A stretch of 30,552 bases of DNA from Candidatus Aenigmatarchaeota archaeon (GCA_039000985.1 JAWBMD010000010.1:1-30552), one strand, 5' to 3'; positions 15,768 to 26,291 are shown, counted from the stretch's first letter. The notes: generated from the letters alone by a model not told the origin. Program-made: numbers and translations.

Positions 15768-18200
15768 TTACTCACCAAGACTTTCTAAATAAATATCTCT
15801 TATTCCAATGTTTGTATAGATATCACTCTCGTTCTTTGAAACTACTGCACAACACTCTTTTACATGGAATACCAAAACATTTTCACCAAAATTTAAGAAT
15901 AGTGGAGAAGTGCGAACCAACACATCCTTTTTACTCACATTTAAGATATCCAGCAAATTATTATTAAAATATAAAAAAATAATTTTATTTTCCTCCAAAT
16001 TTGGTGAAACTAATTTAAACTCAAGAACCATTTTCTTCCATGGATTATCGAAATAGTAGAGAAGAATTGTTCCGTTATTTTTCATCCATCTTATTTCCTC
16101 ACCATTTTCTTTATTATACCAATTTTTTGCATAAAAGAAACTAATTTTTTCTCTCATTTTGTTTAAATATAATATGGTTGTGTTTATTATCCTCAAAGAT
16201 AAGCATCTATAATTAATATCTTTTTTTATATTAGAAACTCTTAAACATTTATCTGCTTTAAGGATTAAAGTATTTCTTCCTGGCTTTAAGGTTAATAGTT
16301 TTGTATAGATATCAGATCCATTCGGAAATACATTGAAACTATCAATTAACTCTCCATTAAAATATAAATCAACTTTTCTATCTTCAAAATAGGACTGAAG
16401 ATATAACTTCACAACAGCTATATCTTCTATATCTTCCGGATTTAACAGTATTATTTCTCCCTTTAATTTCATCCACCTGTATCCTTCATTTGGTGATGGT
16501 GGATACCAACCCTTACCTAAAACAATTTTTTCTGATGGATTAGATATATATAAAAAAGCCGAAGAAATAGCAATCAAACCTAAAATCCATAAGTTATGTT
16601 TTAAGATGAAGTTTACTATTTTCTTAAAGAACGGTTCTCTTCTCCATATAATAAACACAAACAAACTAACTGGTAGCAAAGATAAGAATGGAATATGAAA
16701 ATAAAGAAATGGAAAAAACAATCTATGCTCCGGTAGAAGGAACCTAATATCTATATTCTCCAAATTTATAAGATTTTCAAAAATTCTACTTCTTGGTCCA
16801 TCTCGAAGAAATAAAGGTATATGATAATCAAATAATGGATTTTGCAAAACTTGAAACGTATTAATTTTACTTTTGAAAACTTCGTAAATATCCAATGTTT
16901 CTATATCTATAATATCCCCTGGCATTGGCTCTAGCCCAGAAAGATTAACAAGCATCGAATAAAATACTAAAATAGAAAAAAATATCTTAAAAACTTTTTT
17001 CTTGAAAAAATTTTCAAAAACAAAAGTAATAGGTAACATGAGGAATGGTGTAAGTGGAGTAAGATGTCTAGGCCCAAATGAGACACCTCCCCACCATGCC
17101 CACCACGAGGAGTTAAATATTAAAAATACAAAAAAAATTAAGAGTATCAAAATAGTTTCGGTCTTGAACTTTTTATACATGTAAAATAAACCTATAAAAG
17201 AGAAAACAAAAATTGGATAATAAAACAAAAGGCCCTTATACGGATCAAATAAAAGTTTGAATGCGACAAAAAAATTGGGCTTTTTCAAACCATGAATACC
17301 ACCTATCTTGCTCCAGATTTCTGGATCTAAAAAATATCTTGGAAGTGTAACAGGATTTTCGAAAACTATATAATTATAAAGAAGAAATGGTAGAACACCA
17401 ATAAAAATCGCTATAACAAAATAGAATATCTTCTGCTTTTTTAAACTTAAAATATAGAAAATATATATAAATACTACTATAAATGTGGGGGCACTTAAAG
17501 TTATGCTTAAACCTAAAGATAAACCAGCTAGTATAAAATATTTATAATCATTTAAATTTTCTCTTTTAGCCTTTAAAAGCAGATAAAATGTCAGAAACAA
17601 AAAAAAGGTCGCTACAGAATGCTCGAAAAAAACTAATGAGTAGGGAAATATTAATGTGCAAAATCCTGATATAAAAGTTAAAAATACTCGATACTTCATA
17701 TTTTTTGTAAAAAACCTCGAGATCCTGAACAAAATAACTAAAAGTAAAGAAGAAAATAATGATGAAGTAAAAACTATCATTAATATCATGGAAGACAAAA
17801 CAAAAAATCCAGGATCAACAAAATCTATGATTGGAACCTTTCTTTCTCCCACATATGTAACTATAAATTCACTAGTTCCTAAGTTCTTCTCGACAAAATA
17901 TCTTGAAAAAAGATTGAAATAAACAAATTTCCAAATGCTGTAAATTGAAACTCCAAGAAAAGATAAGCCGGGTTCTTTATCAGAATAAAAATTTCCTTTA
18001 TAATATGATCTATCACCAGTTTGATTATAATAACTATTTATTTCAAATCTTCCTTCATCAACTATTGCTCTTATTAAAGCAAAATGAGACTGTTCTTTCC
18101 AACCTAACCAAAAAACGAAAAAGCAATAAAAAATAAAAAAAGTTGCAAATAGTTTGAACTCTTTTTTATTAAAAATCATATAATATAGTATATTTGTCAT
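15768..18200 (-). CDS. Polytopic membrane protein, GT-C-like glycosyltransferase, with C-terminal extracellular beta-rich repeats
   Basis: 810 aa with many hydrophobic segments and motifs YSDKEPGLS, GLLFYYP and WWAWWGGVSFGPRHL. Two C-terminal repeats of the form (G/N)WY..E...RWM...G.I.L. Confidence 0.7.
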   Translation of the reverse strand: MTNILYYMIFNKKEFKLFATFFIFYCFFVFWLGWKEQSHFALIRAIVDEGRFEINSYYNQTGDRSYYKGNFYSDKEPGLSFLGVSIYSIWKFVYFNLFSRYFVEKNLGTSEFIVTYVGERKVPIIDFVDPGFFVLSSMILMIVFTSSLFSSLLLVILFRISRFFTKNMKYRVFLTFISGFCTLIFPYSLVFFEHSVATFFLFLTFYLLLKAKRENLNDYKYFILAGLSLGLSITLSAPTFIVVFIYIFYILSLKKQKIFYFVIAIFIGVLPFLLYNYIVFENPVTLPRYFLDPEIWSKIGGIHGLKKPNFFVAFKLLFDPYKGLLFYYPIFVFSFIGLFYMYKKFKTETILILLIFFVFLIFNSSWWAWWGGVSFGPRHLTPLTPFLMLPITFVFENFFKKKVFKIFFSILVFYSMLVNLSGLEPMPGDIIDIETLDIYEVFKSKINTFQVLQNPLFDYHIPLFLRDGPRSRIFENLINLENIDIRFLLPEHRLFFPFLYFHIPFLSLLPVSLFVFIIWRREPFFKKIVNFILKHNLWILGLIAISSAFLYISNPSEKIVLGKGWYPPSPNEGYRWMKLKGEIILLNPEDIEDIAVVKLYLQSYFEDRKVDLYFNGELIDSFNVFPNGSDIYTKLLTLKPGRNTLILKADKCLRVSNIKKDINYRCLSLRIINTTILYLNKMREKISFFYAKNWYNKENGEEIRWMKNNGTILLYYFDNPWKKMVLEFKLVSPNLEENKIIFLYFNNNLLDILNVSKKDVLVRTSPLFLNFGENVLVFHVKECCAVVSKNESDIYTNIGIRDIYLESLGE

Positions 18201-19136
18201 AAATTAAAAAGTGCTAGATAATCTTTTTAACTCCTATATTTAATACTCCAAAATAAAATAATTCATAGTCATTTGATTCAAAAGATTTTAAATTAAATTC
18301 AAATAAACGCATTTTTTAATCTATAATTTAAATTTTTAAACACAACTATATTCGTAATTAAAATACATTTACTTATACTTAATATATATAAGTTACTATC
18401 TAGCTAGAAAAATTCCCCAAATACTAATCAAATTTTTTTAGAACAAAGTACAGTGAGTGGATAAAATTAAGTGAAAATATAAAAAGATTACAGAGAGTTC
18501 TTGAAATGATGTCAATCGAATAGAATAGAAAATCAAATATTCCTCCATGCTTAAATATAAGAGGTTTGGTGAGAAAATCATTCTGCAAATCTCTATTTAA
18601 GCTCTTCATCATCTGTATTAAGTTACAAAGCTTTTCATTGATATTAATTTTATATACTTAAAATAAACTAGAAAACCAGGTAAGATGAAAATAAGATATT
18701 TATAGAAGCTATGAATAATTTCCACTATAAATTTAATAGTTTCCAAGAGCTTTTCATTTCTGTAAAGATTTCACAAAATAAAAATAGCTAAAAGAGGGAG
18801 ATATTTCATTTAGCTCTAACTCTGTAATAGATTTTTGTAAACATTTTTTTAGTATATCTATTACAATTCTACTTAGAGGTAATAAGAAAAAGTAATTCCC
18901 TTCTGCAACTTAAAAGTATAATCAAAGAATAGAAATAAAGTTTTGAAAATCCTAAACATAAACATTATCAAAATATCATAGAAGATAAAAGTCCGCATCT
19001 AGCTAAATAAGAGATATTATATTATAAAGCTTTTCCACAATTAATATATATCCATACTTATCGAGGTATCTCCAATACTACTAATCTCATAAATTTTAAA
19101 AACTAAAAATATCTATGTGAACATTAAGATAATTTA

Positions 19137-20443
19137 CCTAAGTTTTCTATAAATCTATCACTAGCTTAGGAACTAAAATAAAAGCTGGCTAAACTCATTT
19201 TAAGTCTTATTTACAAAAAAGTATTTTTATCATTATGTGATTTTTGTAAGAAAGCTTAAAATTAGAAATAGAGTCTCTTGTAAAGGTTAAGATTCAGGAA
19301 ATAGTGAAGTGAAACAGAGATTTGTTAGATATCTTAGAAGATTAGCTGGTAATAAGTTGATACCTCTAAAGGAGGGAAGGTAGAGAATTAAGAGTTCTGT
19401 AAACTAATTGCATTTCAATTTTGTAAACTTATATCTATTTAATTCTTTTTATTTATCTATAATTTATTCTAATTCTTTTATTTAATTGAAAGCTCTATTG
19501 TTAAGAGTCCCTCTTTGAACTTGCTAGAATATTATTTTTATCTACATTACTGAGTTCGGATGCATAAGCAGGTAGCCAGATTAGTTTTATCTTACCTTGT
19601 TTAAAAATCTCTTCTAAAAGTTTTTACCCGTGACTATAGTGATTATCTAATATCTCCTCTTGTAAAGTAACTTATGTGAATGTAGATTGTAGACGACAAA
19701 AAGAACTTCCTCACCCTTTATGTTTTGATTAAAAGGAATAATCCTTCTCTAGAAGCACCACTTTGGCAACTATTTCTTTTAATCCTCAAAAAGAACTAAA
19801 TAATTATAAACGCAGAATTATGAGTTTTAGGGTTTATTGAAGTTAGCCTTTATATATTCATTCTAAACTTTAATCCCCATTCCATTAGAATTTTTCTTAG
19901 TTGTGTAGCTTACTTTAATTATACCTTCCCTTTCCAAATAAGCTCTAAGTAGAGAAGTACAATCCGGGTTCCTTGGATTTAGTTAAAGCTATTCTAACTA
20001 TATCATCTATAGCTTTGACTTCCTTCAGGGCTTCTTAGGAACTTGCATCGTCATACCAAACTTGTTGAACTGATGAATCCACTTTCTCACATTTACTGGA
20101 TATATATTCTATCTAACAGTATAAACACTCATAACTCAAAACAATTATTAATCCCTATACTCACAATGTTCATCATCTGTAAGCTGATATACAAAATCTC
20201 TTTCACGTTTATTAATCTATTAATCCTCCACAAAAAGTTCCATGCTAGATATTTTTATTAAAATACAATTAGTTTATAGAACTCTTAGGCTTAGAAAAAG
20301 CAATTGAACAGTTAAAAGGGCATCTATGGAGTAGAGTTTGATGATGTCATAACAGAATATTCGGCTCTTTCAAAGAAGCAAAGAAAAAATCCTAAAGTGT
20401 TTCGATGTTTCTAATCTAGTGATAAATTTACAGGAGAGATGAG
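19137..20443 (+). mobile_element. Internally deleted IS1634-like element interrupted by an IS630 element
   Basis: Ends CCTAAGTTTTCTATAAATCTATCACTAG / rc CTCATCTCTCCTGTAAATTTATCACTAG (20/28), similar to the 10284 TIR. Fragments FVRKLKIRNRV, VKQRFVRYL and ELGLEKAIEQLKG/IYGVEF...YSALSKKQ are homologous to 10383-10809. Confidence 0.75.
19391..20285 (-). mobile_element. IS630-family element, decayed (895 bp)
   Basis: 25-bp TIRs AGAGTTCTGTAAACTAATTGCATTT / AGAGTTCTATAAACTAATTGTATTT (23/25), TA on both sides. Broken transposase from ATG 20243 to TAG 19404 includes PVNVRKWIHQFNKFG and IKLIWLPAYASELSNVD (cf. LPxYSPELNPIE). Confidence 0.85.
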
Positions 20444-20709
20444 TAATTAAAATTACCTTAATCACACTCGCTTTTTGGCTTACTACTTCTTTTATCTATA
20501 ATTTCTAAATATAGTTATAATACAAATAATTTTAGATTCCAGACTTACTATCTTTATCTTATAGAAAGAATCAGAAATTAAAAATGTAAAAAGTAAAGAT
20601 TGAAATTTAACTTTTTTAATAGCTAAAATACCACAATTAAACTTCAACAAAATAAATATATGGTTATCCGAACTAGTTAATTGCTAAAAACATATAAATT
20701 TTTTTCATA

Positions 20710-21694
20710 TTAACAATTTTTCAATATATTTCTTTTTAAATAATCGAAAGACTTTGATGCAATGATTCCACGACCATATTAATTTGGATGCGCGTCCATA
20801 ATAGAGTTATTATTGTAAATCACTAAGTTCTGGTTATAAAATTGTGGATTAATACCTAATCCCAAAAAGGTAGCATCATCGTAGTGTTTCATTATATCTT
20901 CTAAAATTTCATCGGACCCGAAACCAATTTTATCAAAAATATTAAATATAAGTACCTTAGTTAGTTGAAAAAAGTTTCTTAATGGAGAAACTATATGTTT
21001 TTCTTTCAGTATGTTGTTTGTACGCCAATCATACAACATTCTAAATTCATTGAGCTTTTCGCCCATTATCTTTATAAGCCTTTCTGTATCTTCTGGGATG
21101 GCATATGTATTTTATAAGTGAACTCAAACCAAACTTCGTTCGGAAAAGCAAAATCATCCTCTTTCAACATCCAAATCACTAAGTCTGGATTATATTTTAC
21201 ACCATTTAATTTAAACCTTTAATAGCTGTATTCTATATCGTAATCGCCAACACCCAAATTAATCACTTTAAATTTTTTATAAGAAGAACAATTTCTAGAA
21301 TAATTATTTATATAGATCTTCCAACATTTCTAAATAATTATCTGTAACATTAACTCAAATTCCTTCAGTAAAAGAATCCCCAGAGATATTATTCTGTATG
21401 TATTTGCTTCTTTCTTTATAGAATAACTATATTTTTCGACTAATCCATCGCTGTTTAGAGTTATATACTTATATTTCTTTTAAAAGGATGTGAGAAATAA
21501 GTCCTGAACATCCCCGTTAGTTCATAAAAGTATTTGTATCTTATTCACTTTCGTTATAGAACCTAACTTGTGATTTATTTGGAGGATTAATTATAACATA
21601 ATAATTATTTCCTGAAAATAAACCTATGGAGAGGGTAGAATATAAAAATTATTTCTAATAAAATTACAACAATTAGAATTAAAACTTTATACAT
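20710..21694 (-). pseudogene. SGNH/GDSL hydrolase paralog, multiply disrupted
   Basis: Collinear with 14636-15636: MYKVLILIVVILLE, GDSFTEG, VINLGVGDYDI, KYNPDLVIWMLKEDDF and MDAHPN*YGRGIIASKSFDYL. Several frameshifts and stops. Confidence 0.85.
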
Positions 21695-21891
21695 AATATA
21701 TTAAATTTATTTAGAAAAAATACGAAGGTTGATTGGAGAGATAAAGCCAAAGATTTTTCAAAGAAGTTATAGAGATGAGTTTCATGCTATAATAGAAAAC
21801 TAACTATCTGTAGCGAATTAAAATATAGTTAAATTCTGTATACATATAAATAGTAATTGTATTCTAAAATGGGGATAAAAGTTTATATTAG

Positions 21892-22905
21892 TTAAATTAA
21901 AGACACTATAATATCATAAAGCCTTTCTGCAATTAATCTGTGTCCATGGCTATTGAAATGTCTCTCATATCTAGAAATCTCATAGTTTTTAAAATTAAAT
22001 ATATCTCTATGGACATTAAGATAGGTTATGTTTTCGAAACTACTAACATTGATTAAGAACTTTTCATCATACAAACGAGGCCAGATTGAAATTATTATTA
22101 ATTTAAAATTGTACTTCTTACTTAAGCTAATAAAATCTAAAGTTGGCTCTACAATCATTTTTTCCATCAAAAAATCTCTATTATTAGCTAAAAATCTATC
22201 AAAAACTGACCCAATTAAGGTATCATGAATGTAAGATAAGTTTTCATAATTACTTATTTTGTATTTACTAACTATTCTTTCTATAATCTCCCATCTCCAT
22301 TTCATTATAGCATTCGGAATAATATCATCGCCATCATATTGTAAAATTATTATATCGGGAAAATATTTAATTGCCTTGGATCTTAAAATCTCTAATTTCT
22401 GAATCATATTATATCCTGGATAACCCATATTTAAAACTTCAAATCTTTTTTCTTTAGTATTATTATTTAGTAAATACTCTAACTGATAAGAAAATGTTTC
22501 GTTGTCGTTTAAAGCATAACCAAAAGTGTGCGAATCTCCAATGCTGATTATTCTTATTGTATTGTTTGGCTTTTCTAAACTATAATTCCTTCCTCTAAAA
22601 TTATCTTTATTTATAGTAGCACGCGTACTTATCAAATTTCCATAATTATCAGGATAAGTTATAAGTTCGTAGTATTTTAAATAACTATCGTTTATACTAT
22701 TACTTTCTCTCGAAACAAGGAAATGAATTTGTTTACTAATTTTTTCAAATTCTGAAGAAACTAATTCTGAAATCTCATTCCTAGTGTAAAAATTAATGTA
22801 ACGAAAATAGTTCGGACCTAACAATAATAAAAAAATATAGAGAATTGTTAAAATTTCTAAAGTTATTATAAAAATTAGAATATATAACTTTTTACTCAAG
22901 GACAT
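21892..22905 (-). CDS. SGNH/GDSL hydrolase with N-terminal membrane anchor (SxtL-like position)
   Basis: IGDSHTFG, VLNMGYPGYN and ERHFNSHGHRLIA motifs. Overlaps the carbamoyltransferase end. Confidence 0.85.
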   Translation of the reverse strand: MSLSKKLYILIFIITLEILTILYIFLLLLGPNYFRYINFYTRNEISELVSSEFEKISKQIHFLVSRESNSINDSYLKYYELITYPDNYGNLISTRATINKDNFRGRNYSLEKPNNTIRIISIGDSHTFGYALNDNETFSYQLEYLLNNNTKEKRFEVLNMGYPGYNMIQKLEILRSKAIKYFPDIIILQYDGDDIIPNAIMKWRWEIIERIVSKYKISNYENLSYIHDTLIGSVFDRFLANNRDFLMEKMIVEPTLDFISLSKKYNFKLIIISIWPRLYDEKFLINVSSFENITYLNVHRDIFNFKNYEISRYERHFNSHGHRLIAERLYDIIVSLI

Positions 22906-24593
22906 AATTTATAAACAATATAATTGTTTAAAACTAAAAAGTCCATACTTGTTTTAATAAAGTCATAATAAGCCTCCTCTGGCTTGCAGACAATTGGTTC
23001 TCCCTTTAAATTAAAACTAGTATTTAAAATTCCTGGTATTTTTGTTATTTTATAGAACTCTTTTATCAAATCATAGTAAATTCCGTTGTCTCTCCTATTT
23101 ACAGTTTGAATCCTGCATGTATTATTAGCATGAACTATAGCTCTTATATATTTAGCTTTTTCCTTCTTTACTTTAAAAGCAAAAATCATAAATGGTGAAT
23201 AATGATTTTCTTCAGGAACTTCAAAATATTCGTGTACATATTCCTGTAAAAAACTGCCAGCGAAAGGCCTAAATGATTCTCTTCTCTTTATTTCATTCAC
23301 CCTATCCTTCATCCATTTTGGCTTAGGATTTGCAAGTATACTTCTTGCACCAAGAGCTCTTGGACCAAATTCCATTCTTCCTCTAAACCAACCCACAACA
23401 TTATTTCTAGAAAGAAGCTCAGCAATTCTTTTAACCAGCTCTTTATCATTCAAGTATTCATAATCCGCTTTAATTTCTTTTAGAAATTTTTCTATATAAT
23501 CGTTTGAAAAACTTGGGCCAAAGTAAAGGTGATTTTGAACAAAATTTCTTTTCTGCTTTAGTAAAAAGTTATAAACGAAAAAGGCAGCACCTAAGCTTGC
23601 ACCATTATCGCCAGCAGCACCTTGTATAAAGACTTTTCTAAATGGAGTTTCTTCATAAATTTTACCATTAGCTAAAGCATTTAAAGCCACCCCTCCAGCT
23701 ATACATAAATTTTTAACTTTTGTCAATTTGTATAAATGATTTAAAACTTTCAAATAAATCTCTTCTGTGATTTTTTGCAAACTAGAAGCTATGTTAGCAT
23801 GTCTTTTTTTAATTTTTTCCATAGGTTTTCTTGGTTTACCAAACAACTTTTCCATTTTTTTGCTCCACATTTTAAAACTTTCTATAAAAGAGAAATATTC
23901 CATGTTTAAAGTAAAGCTACCGTCCTCATTTATTTTAACTAGTTTTAGAAACTTTTTGTAATAAATTGGTTTACCGTATGCTGAAAGACCCATTACTTTA
24001 TACTCATCTTCATTAACCTTAAATCCTAGAAAAGCTGTAATAGTCGAGTAAAGAAGGCCAAGTGAATTTGGAAAATTTATAATCTTTAAAGGAATAATAT
24101 GGTTTCCTATCCCTAGGTATAATCCGGTTGTTTGCCATTCACCAACTCCATCAACAGTAAAAATAGCTGCTTTGGAAAAAGGTGACGGAAAAAAGGCACT
24201 TGCTGCATGTGATTCGTGGTGAGGAATAAAAAGTATTTTACCATTAAACTTCAACTTCTTTCTTATTATCGATTTAATATTAAGCTTCTCGGTTACCATA
24301 GCTGGAAAGGACTTCCAAAATGTTATAAATGAAAATGGGTAAGTATTTAAAAACATATGTACAACTCTATCGAACTTTACTAATGGTTTCTCATAATAGG
24401 CTATATATTTTATTTTATTAATGTCTATATTTGCTTCTGAAAGACAATAGTTAATGGCATTAATTGGAAAGGAATTATCGTGTTTAATTCTTGAAAATCT
24501 CTCCTCTTCTGCTGCAGCAATAACTTTCCCGCCTTTTATCAAAGTTGCTGCACTATCATGATAGAACGCAGATAAGCCTAAAATATACGTCAT
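22896..24593 (-). CDS. Carbamoyltransferase, NodU/CmcH/TobZ (SxtI-like) family
   Basis: ILGLSAFYHDSAA, EEERFSRIKHD, HHESHAASAF, EYKVMGLSAYG, AGGVALN, EFGPRALGARSILANP, FRPFA, RIQTV and LNTSFN motifs. Confidence 0.96.
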   Translation of the reverse strand: MTYILGLSAFYHDSAATLIKGGKVIAAAEEERFSRIKHDNSFPINAINYCLSEANIDINKIKYIAYYEKPLVKFDRVVHMFLNTYPFSFITFWKSFPAMVTEKLNIKSIIRKKLKFNGKILFIPHHESHAASAFFPSPFSKAAIFTVDGVGEWQTTGLYLGIGNHIIPLKIINFPNSLGLLYSTITAFLGFKVNEDEYKVMGLSAYGKPIYYKKFLKLVKINEDGSFTLNMEYFSFIESFKMWSKKMEKLFGKPRKPMEKIKKRHANIASSLQKITEEIYLKVLNHLYKLTKVKNLCIAGGVALNALANGKIYEETPFRKVFIQGAAGDNGASLGAAFFVYNFLLKQKRNFVQNHLYFGPSFSNDYIEKFLKEIKADYEYLNDKELVKRIAELLSRNNVVGWFRGRMEFGPRALGARSILANPKPKWMKDRVNEIKRRESFRPFAGSFLQEYVHEYFEVPEENHYSPFMIFAFKVKKEKAKYIRAIVHANNTCRIQTVNRRDNGIYYDLIKEFYKITKIPGILNTSFNLKGEPIVCKPEEAYYDFIKTSMDFLVLNNYIVYKLCP

Positions 24594-24778
24594 AACATTT
24601 CCTCATAAAATTTCATACTTTTTCTTAACTTTTTAGGCTTTTGCCAGCCGTCTTCCTTATTATTTTTAGAAAAAATGATATAAAGCAGTTTACTTAATCC
24701 TAATCCAACAAAATAAAGAAAAAAAATTGGTAAAAATATGAAAATACTATTTATTTTTTCTTTAACCTTCCTCGCCAT
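24590..24778 (-). CDS. Small single-TM protein, SxtJ-like
   Basis: MARKVKEKINSIFIFLPIFFLYFVGLGLSKLL...FYEEML. Sits between DUF5989 and the carbamoyltransferase with an ATGA-type overlap. Confidence 0.6.
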   Translation of the reverse strand: MARKVKEKINSIFIFLPIFFLYFVGLGLSKLLYIIFSKNNKEDGWQKPKKLRKSMKFYEEML

Positions 24779-24779
24779 T

Positions 24780-24935
24780 TTATACAAGAGGATAGATAAA
24801 TACAGGTATTGGTGATATTGTTGATAATATTAATAATAGTGCAATTATAACTAGTAGTAAAACAAATGGAATTAACCACCATTTTTTTGTTTTTAATAAA
24901 TATTTGAATATCTCTTTTATTACAACAAAAACCAT
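24780..24935 (-). CDS. DUF5989 (SxtK-like) small membrane protein, 51 aa
   Basis: MVFVVIKEIFKYLLKTKKWWLIPFVLLLVIIALLLILSTISPIPVFIYPLV* has the KKWWLxP...FIYxL signature. Missed by the ORF track. Confidence 0.85.
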   Translation of the reverse strand: MVFVVIKEIFKYLLKTKKWWLIPFVLLLVIIALLLILSTISPIPVFIYPLV

Positions 24936-24998
24936 AATTAATAATCGAGTTTACCAATTAAATAAATTATTTAATATATCTCTAACTAATTATTAAGT

Positions 24999-25178
24999 AT
25001 GGAAAAATCCAAAGATGTATTGAAAGTACTTACTTATACTTTAATAGCTGGAATTATTTCATTGACATTTGGTATATATCTAGTTGGAAAACACATACAA
25101 CATGGAAACTTAGTTTTAATATTTGGATCTTTTCTCATTTATATCTCTCTAATCTTAGTCGCAATAAAAATACATTAA
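24999..25178 (+). CDS. Small two-TM membrane protein, 59 aa
   Basis: MEKSKDVLKVLTYTLIAGIISLTFGIYLVGKHIQHGNLVLIFGSFLIYISLILVAIKIH*. TATA-like TTTAATATA upstream; ends 6 nt before the radical SAM ORF. Confidence 0.6.
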   Translation: MEKSKDVLKVLTYTLIAGIISLTFGIYLVGKHIQHGNLVLIFGSFLIYISLILVAIKIH

Positions 25179-25184
25179 AAAACC

Positions 25185-26291
25185 ATGCTAGAATATATGA
25201 AGTTTGTTAAAAAAATCTTCCTCATTAATCTTTATAGAAGCTTAGGATTTCCATTTGTAATGCCTTACAAGTACATATTTTTGTTAACTAATATTTGTCA
25301 ATCGAGATGTTTAACATGCAATATTTGGAAAATTTATAGATCTGGTAATGGAGAACTTCTAAAAAGAGAATTGAGCACATATGAATACGGAAAAATATTC
25401 GAAAAAATAAAGAAGGATGTTTTATGGTTAAATTTTTCTGGTGGTGAGCCATTTTTAAGAAAAGATTTGGTTGATTTAACAAGACTTGCGTTTAAAAAAT
25501 TTAAAAACATGATTGTGTTTAATATGCCAACAAATGGATTAGAGACAGAACTAATAAAAGAAAAAGTAGAAGAAATATTGGAATTCAAAGAAGAAAACGT
25601 GAAGTTTTTTTTAACTGTTAGCTTGGATGGACCAGAATATCTAAACGATAAAATTAGAGGAGTTAAAGGATCGTATAAAAGAGTAAGAAAAACATACAAC
25701 ACATTAAAAAAACTAAGTGAAAAATACAAAAACTTCTTTGTAAGCTTTCAAAGTACCATTAGTAAATACAATATTAATAATTATAAAGAAGTATTCGATG
25801 AAATAAAATACACCTATCAACCAATAATTGCCTGGGCTCATGAAAATGTTTATTTTAACAATATAGGATTAAATATTAACTTAACAAAAGTTGAAAAAGA
25901 AAAAATATTAAAAGCTATAAAATACTTCCATAAAAACTATCCCCTTACAAGTTTATATAATTTCATACCAAAAATATTTCTAAAGCTAGCTGAGAAATAT
26001 TATAATAATCCTAAAAGATTGGTATTACCTTGCTTTGCTTCATTTGCCACAATAACTATTGATGCATATGGAAATGTAAAGCCATGTTCTTATTTTACTG
26101 AAGCAATTGCAAATCTTAGAGATTTTAATTTCGATATTAAAAAAATATTAAAAACAACAAGTAAAGCAAAAATATTTAGAGAAAATGTAAAACATGAAAA
26201 ATGTCCACATTGCTGGGCGAATTGTGAAGCTTATCCATCGATGATTCACAACTTTCCATTAACATTTATCAAACTATTTAGTAAAAAATAA
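25185..26291 (+). CDS. Radical SAM protein with SPASM/twitch domain
   Basis: CQSRCLTC (CxxxCxxC), SGGEPFLR, TNG, VSLDG and C-terminal CFAS...GNVKPC...CPHCWANC. Confidence 0.92.
   Translation: MLEYMKFVKKIFLINLYRSLGFPFVMPYKYIFLLTNICQSRCLTCNIWKIYRSGNGELLKRELSTYEYGKIFEKIKKDVLWLNFSGGEPFLRKDLVDLTRLAFKKFKNMIVFNMPTNGLETELIKEKVEEILEFKEENVKFFLTVSLDGPEYLNDKIRGVKGSYKRVRKTYNTLKKLSEKYKNFFVSFQSTISKYNINNYKEVFDEIKYTYQPIIAWAHENVYFNNIGLNINLTKVEKEKILKAIKYFHKNYPLTSLYNFIPKIFLKLAEKYYNNPKRLVLPCFASFATITIDAYGNVKPCSYFTEAIANLRDFNFDIKKILKTTSKAKIFRENVKHEKCPHCWANCEAYPSMIHNFPLTFIKLFSKK

Noticed and set aside
18201..19136. Possible decayed gene(s) or IS in the AT-rich gap, including ORF 18424-18612
   Set aside because: Short coding-like stretches only; I could not recognise a motif, TIR or homolog within the window.
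20043..20261. 72-aa plus-strand ORF
   Set aside because: Antisense shadow of the decayed IS630 transposase.
21892..24935. Saxitoxin biosynthesis
   Set aside because: Only the widespread IJKL-like tailoring module is present. No sxtA, sxtG or other core genes are in the window and the neighbours are glycosyltransferases.
24751..24957. 68-aa ORF from the track
   Set aside because: Wrong frame; the DUF5989 ORF at 24780-24935 on the same strand has the recognisable signature.
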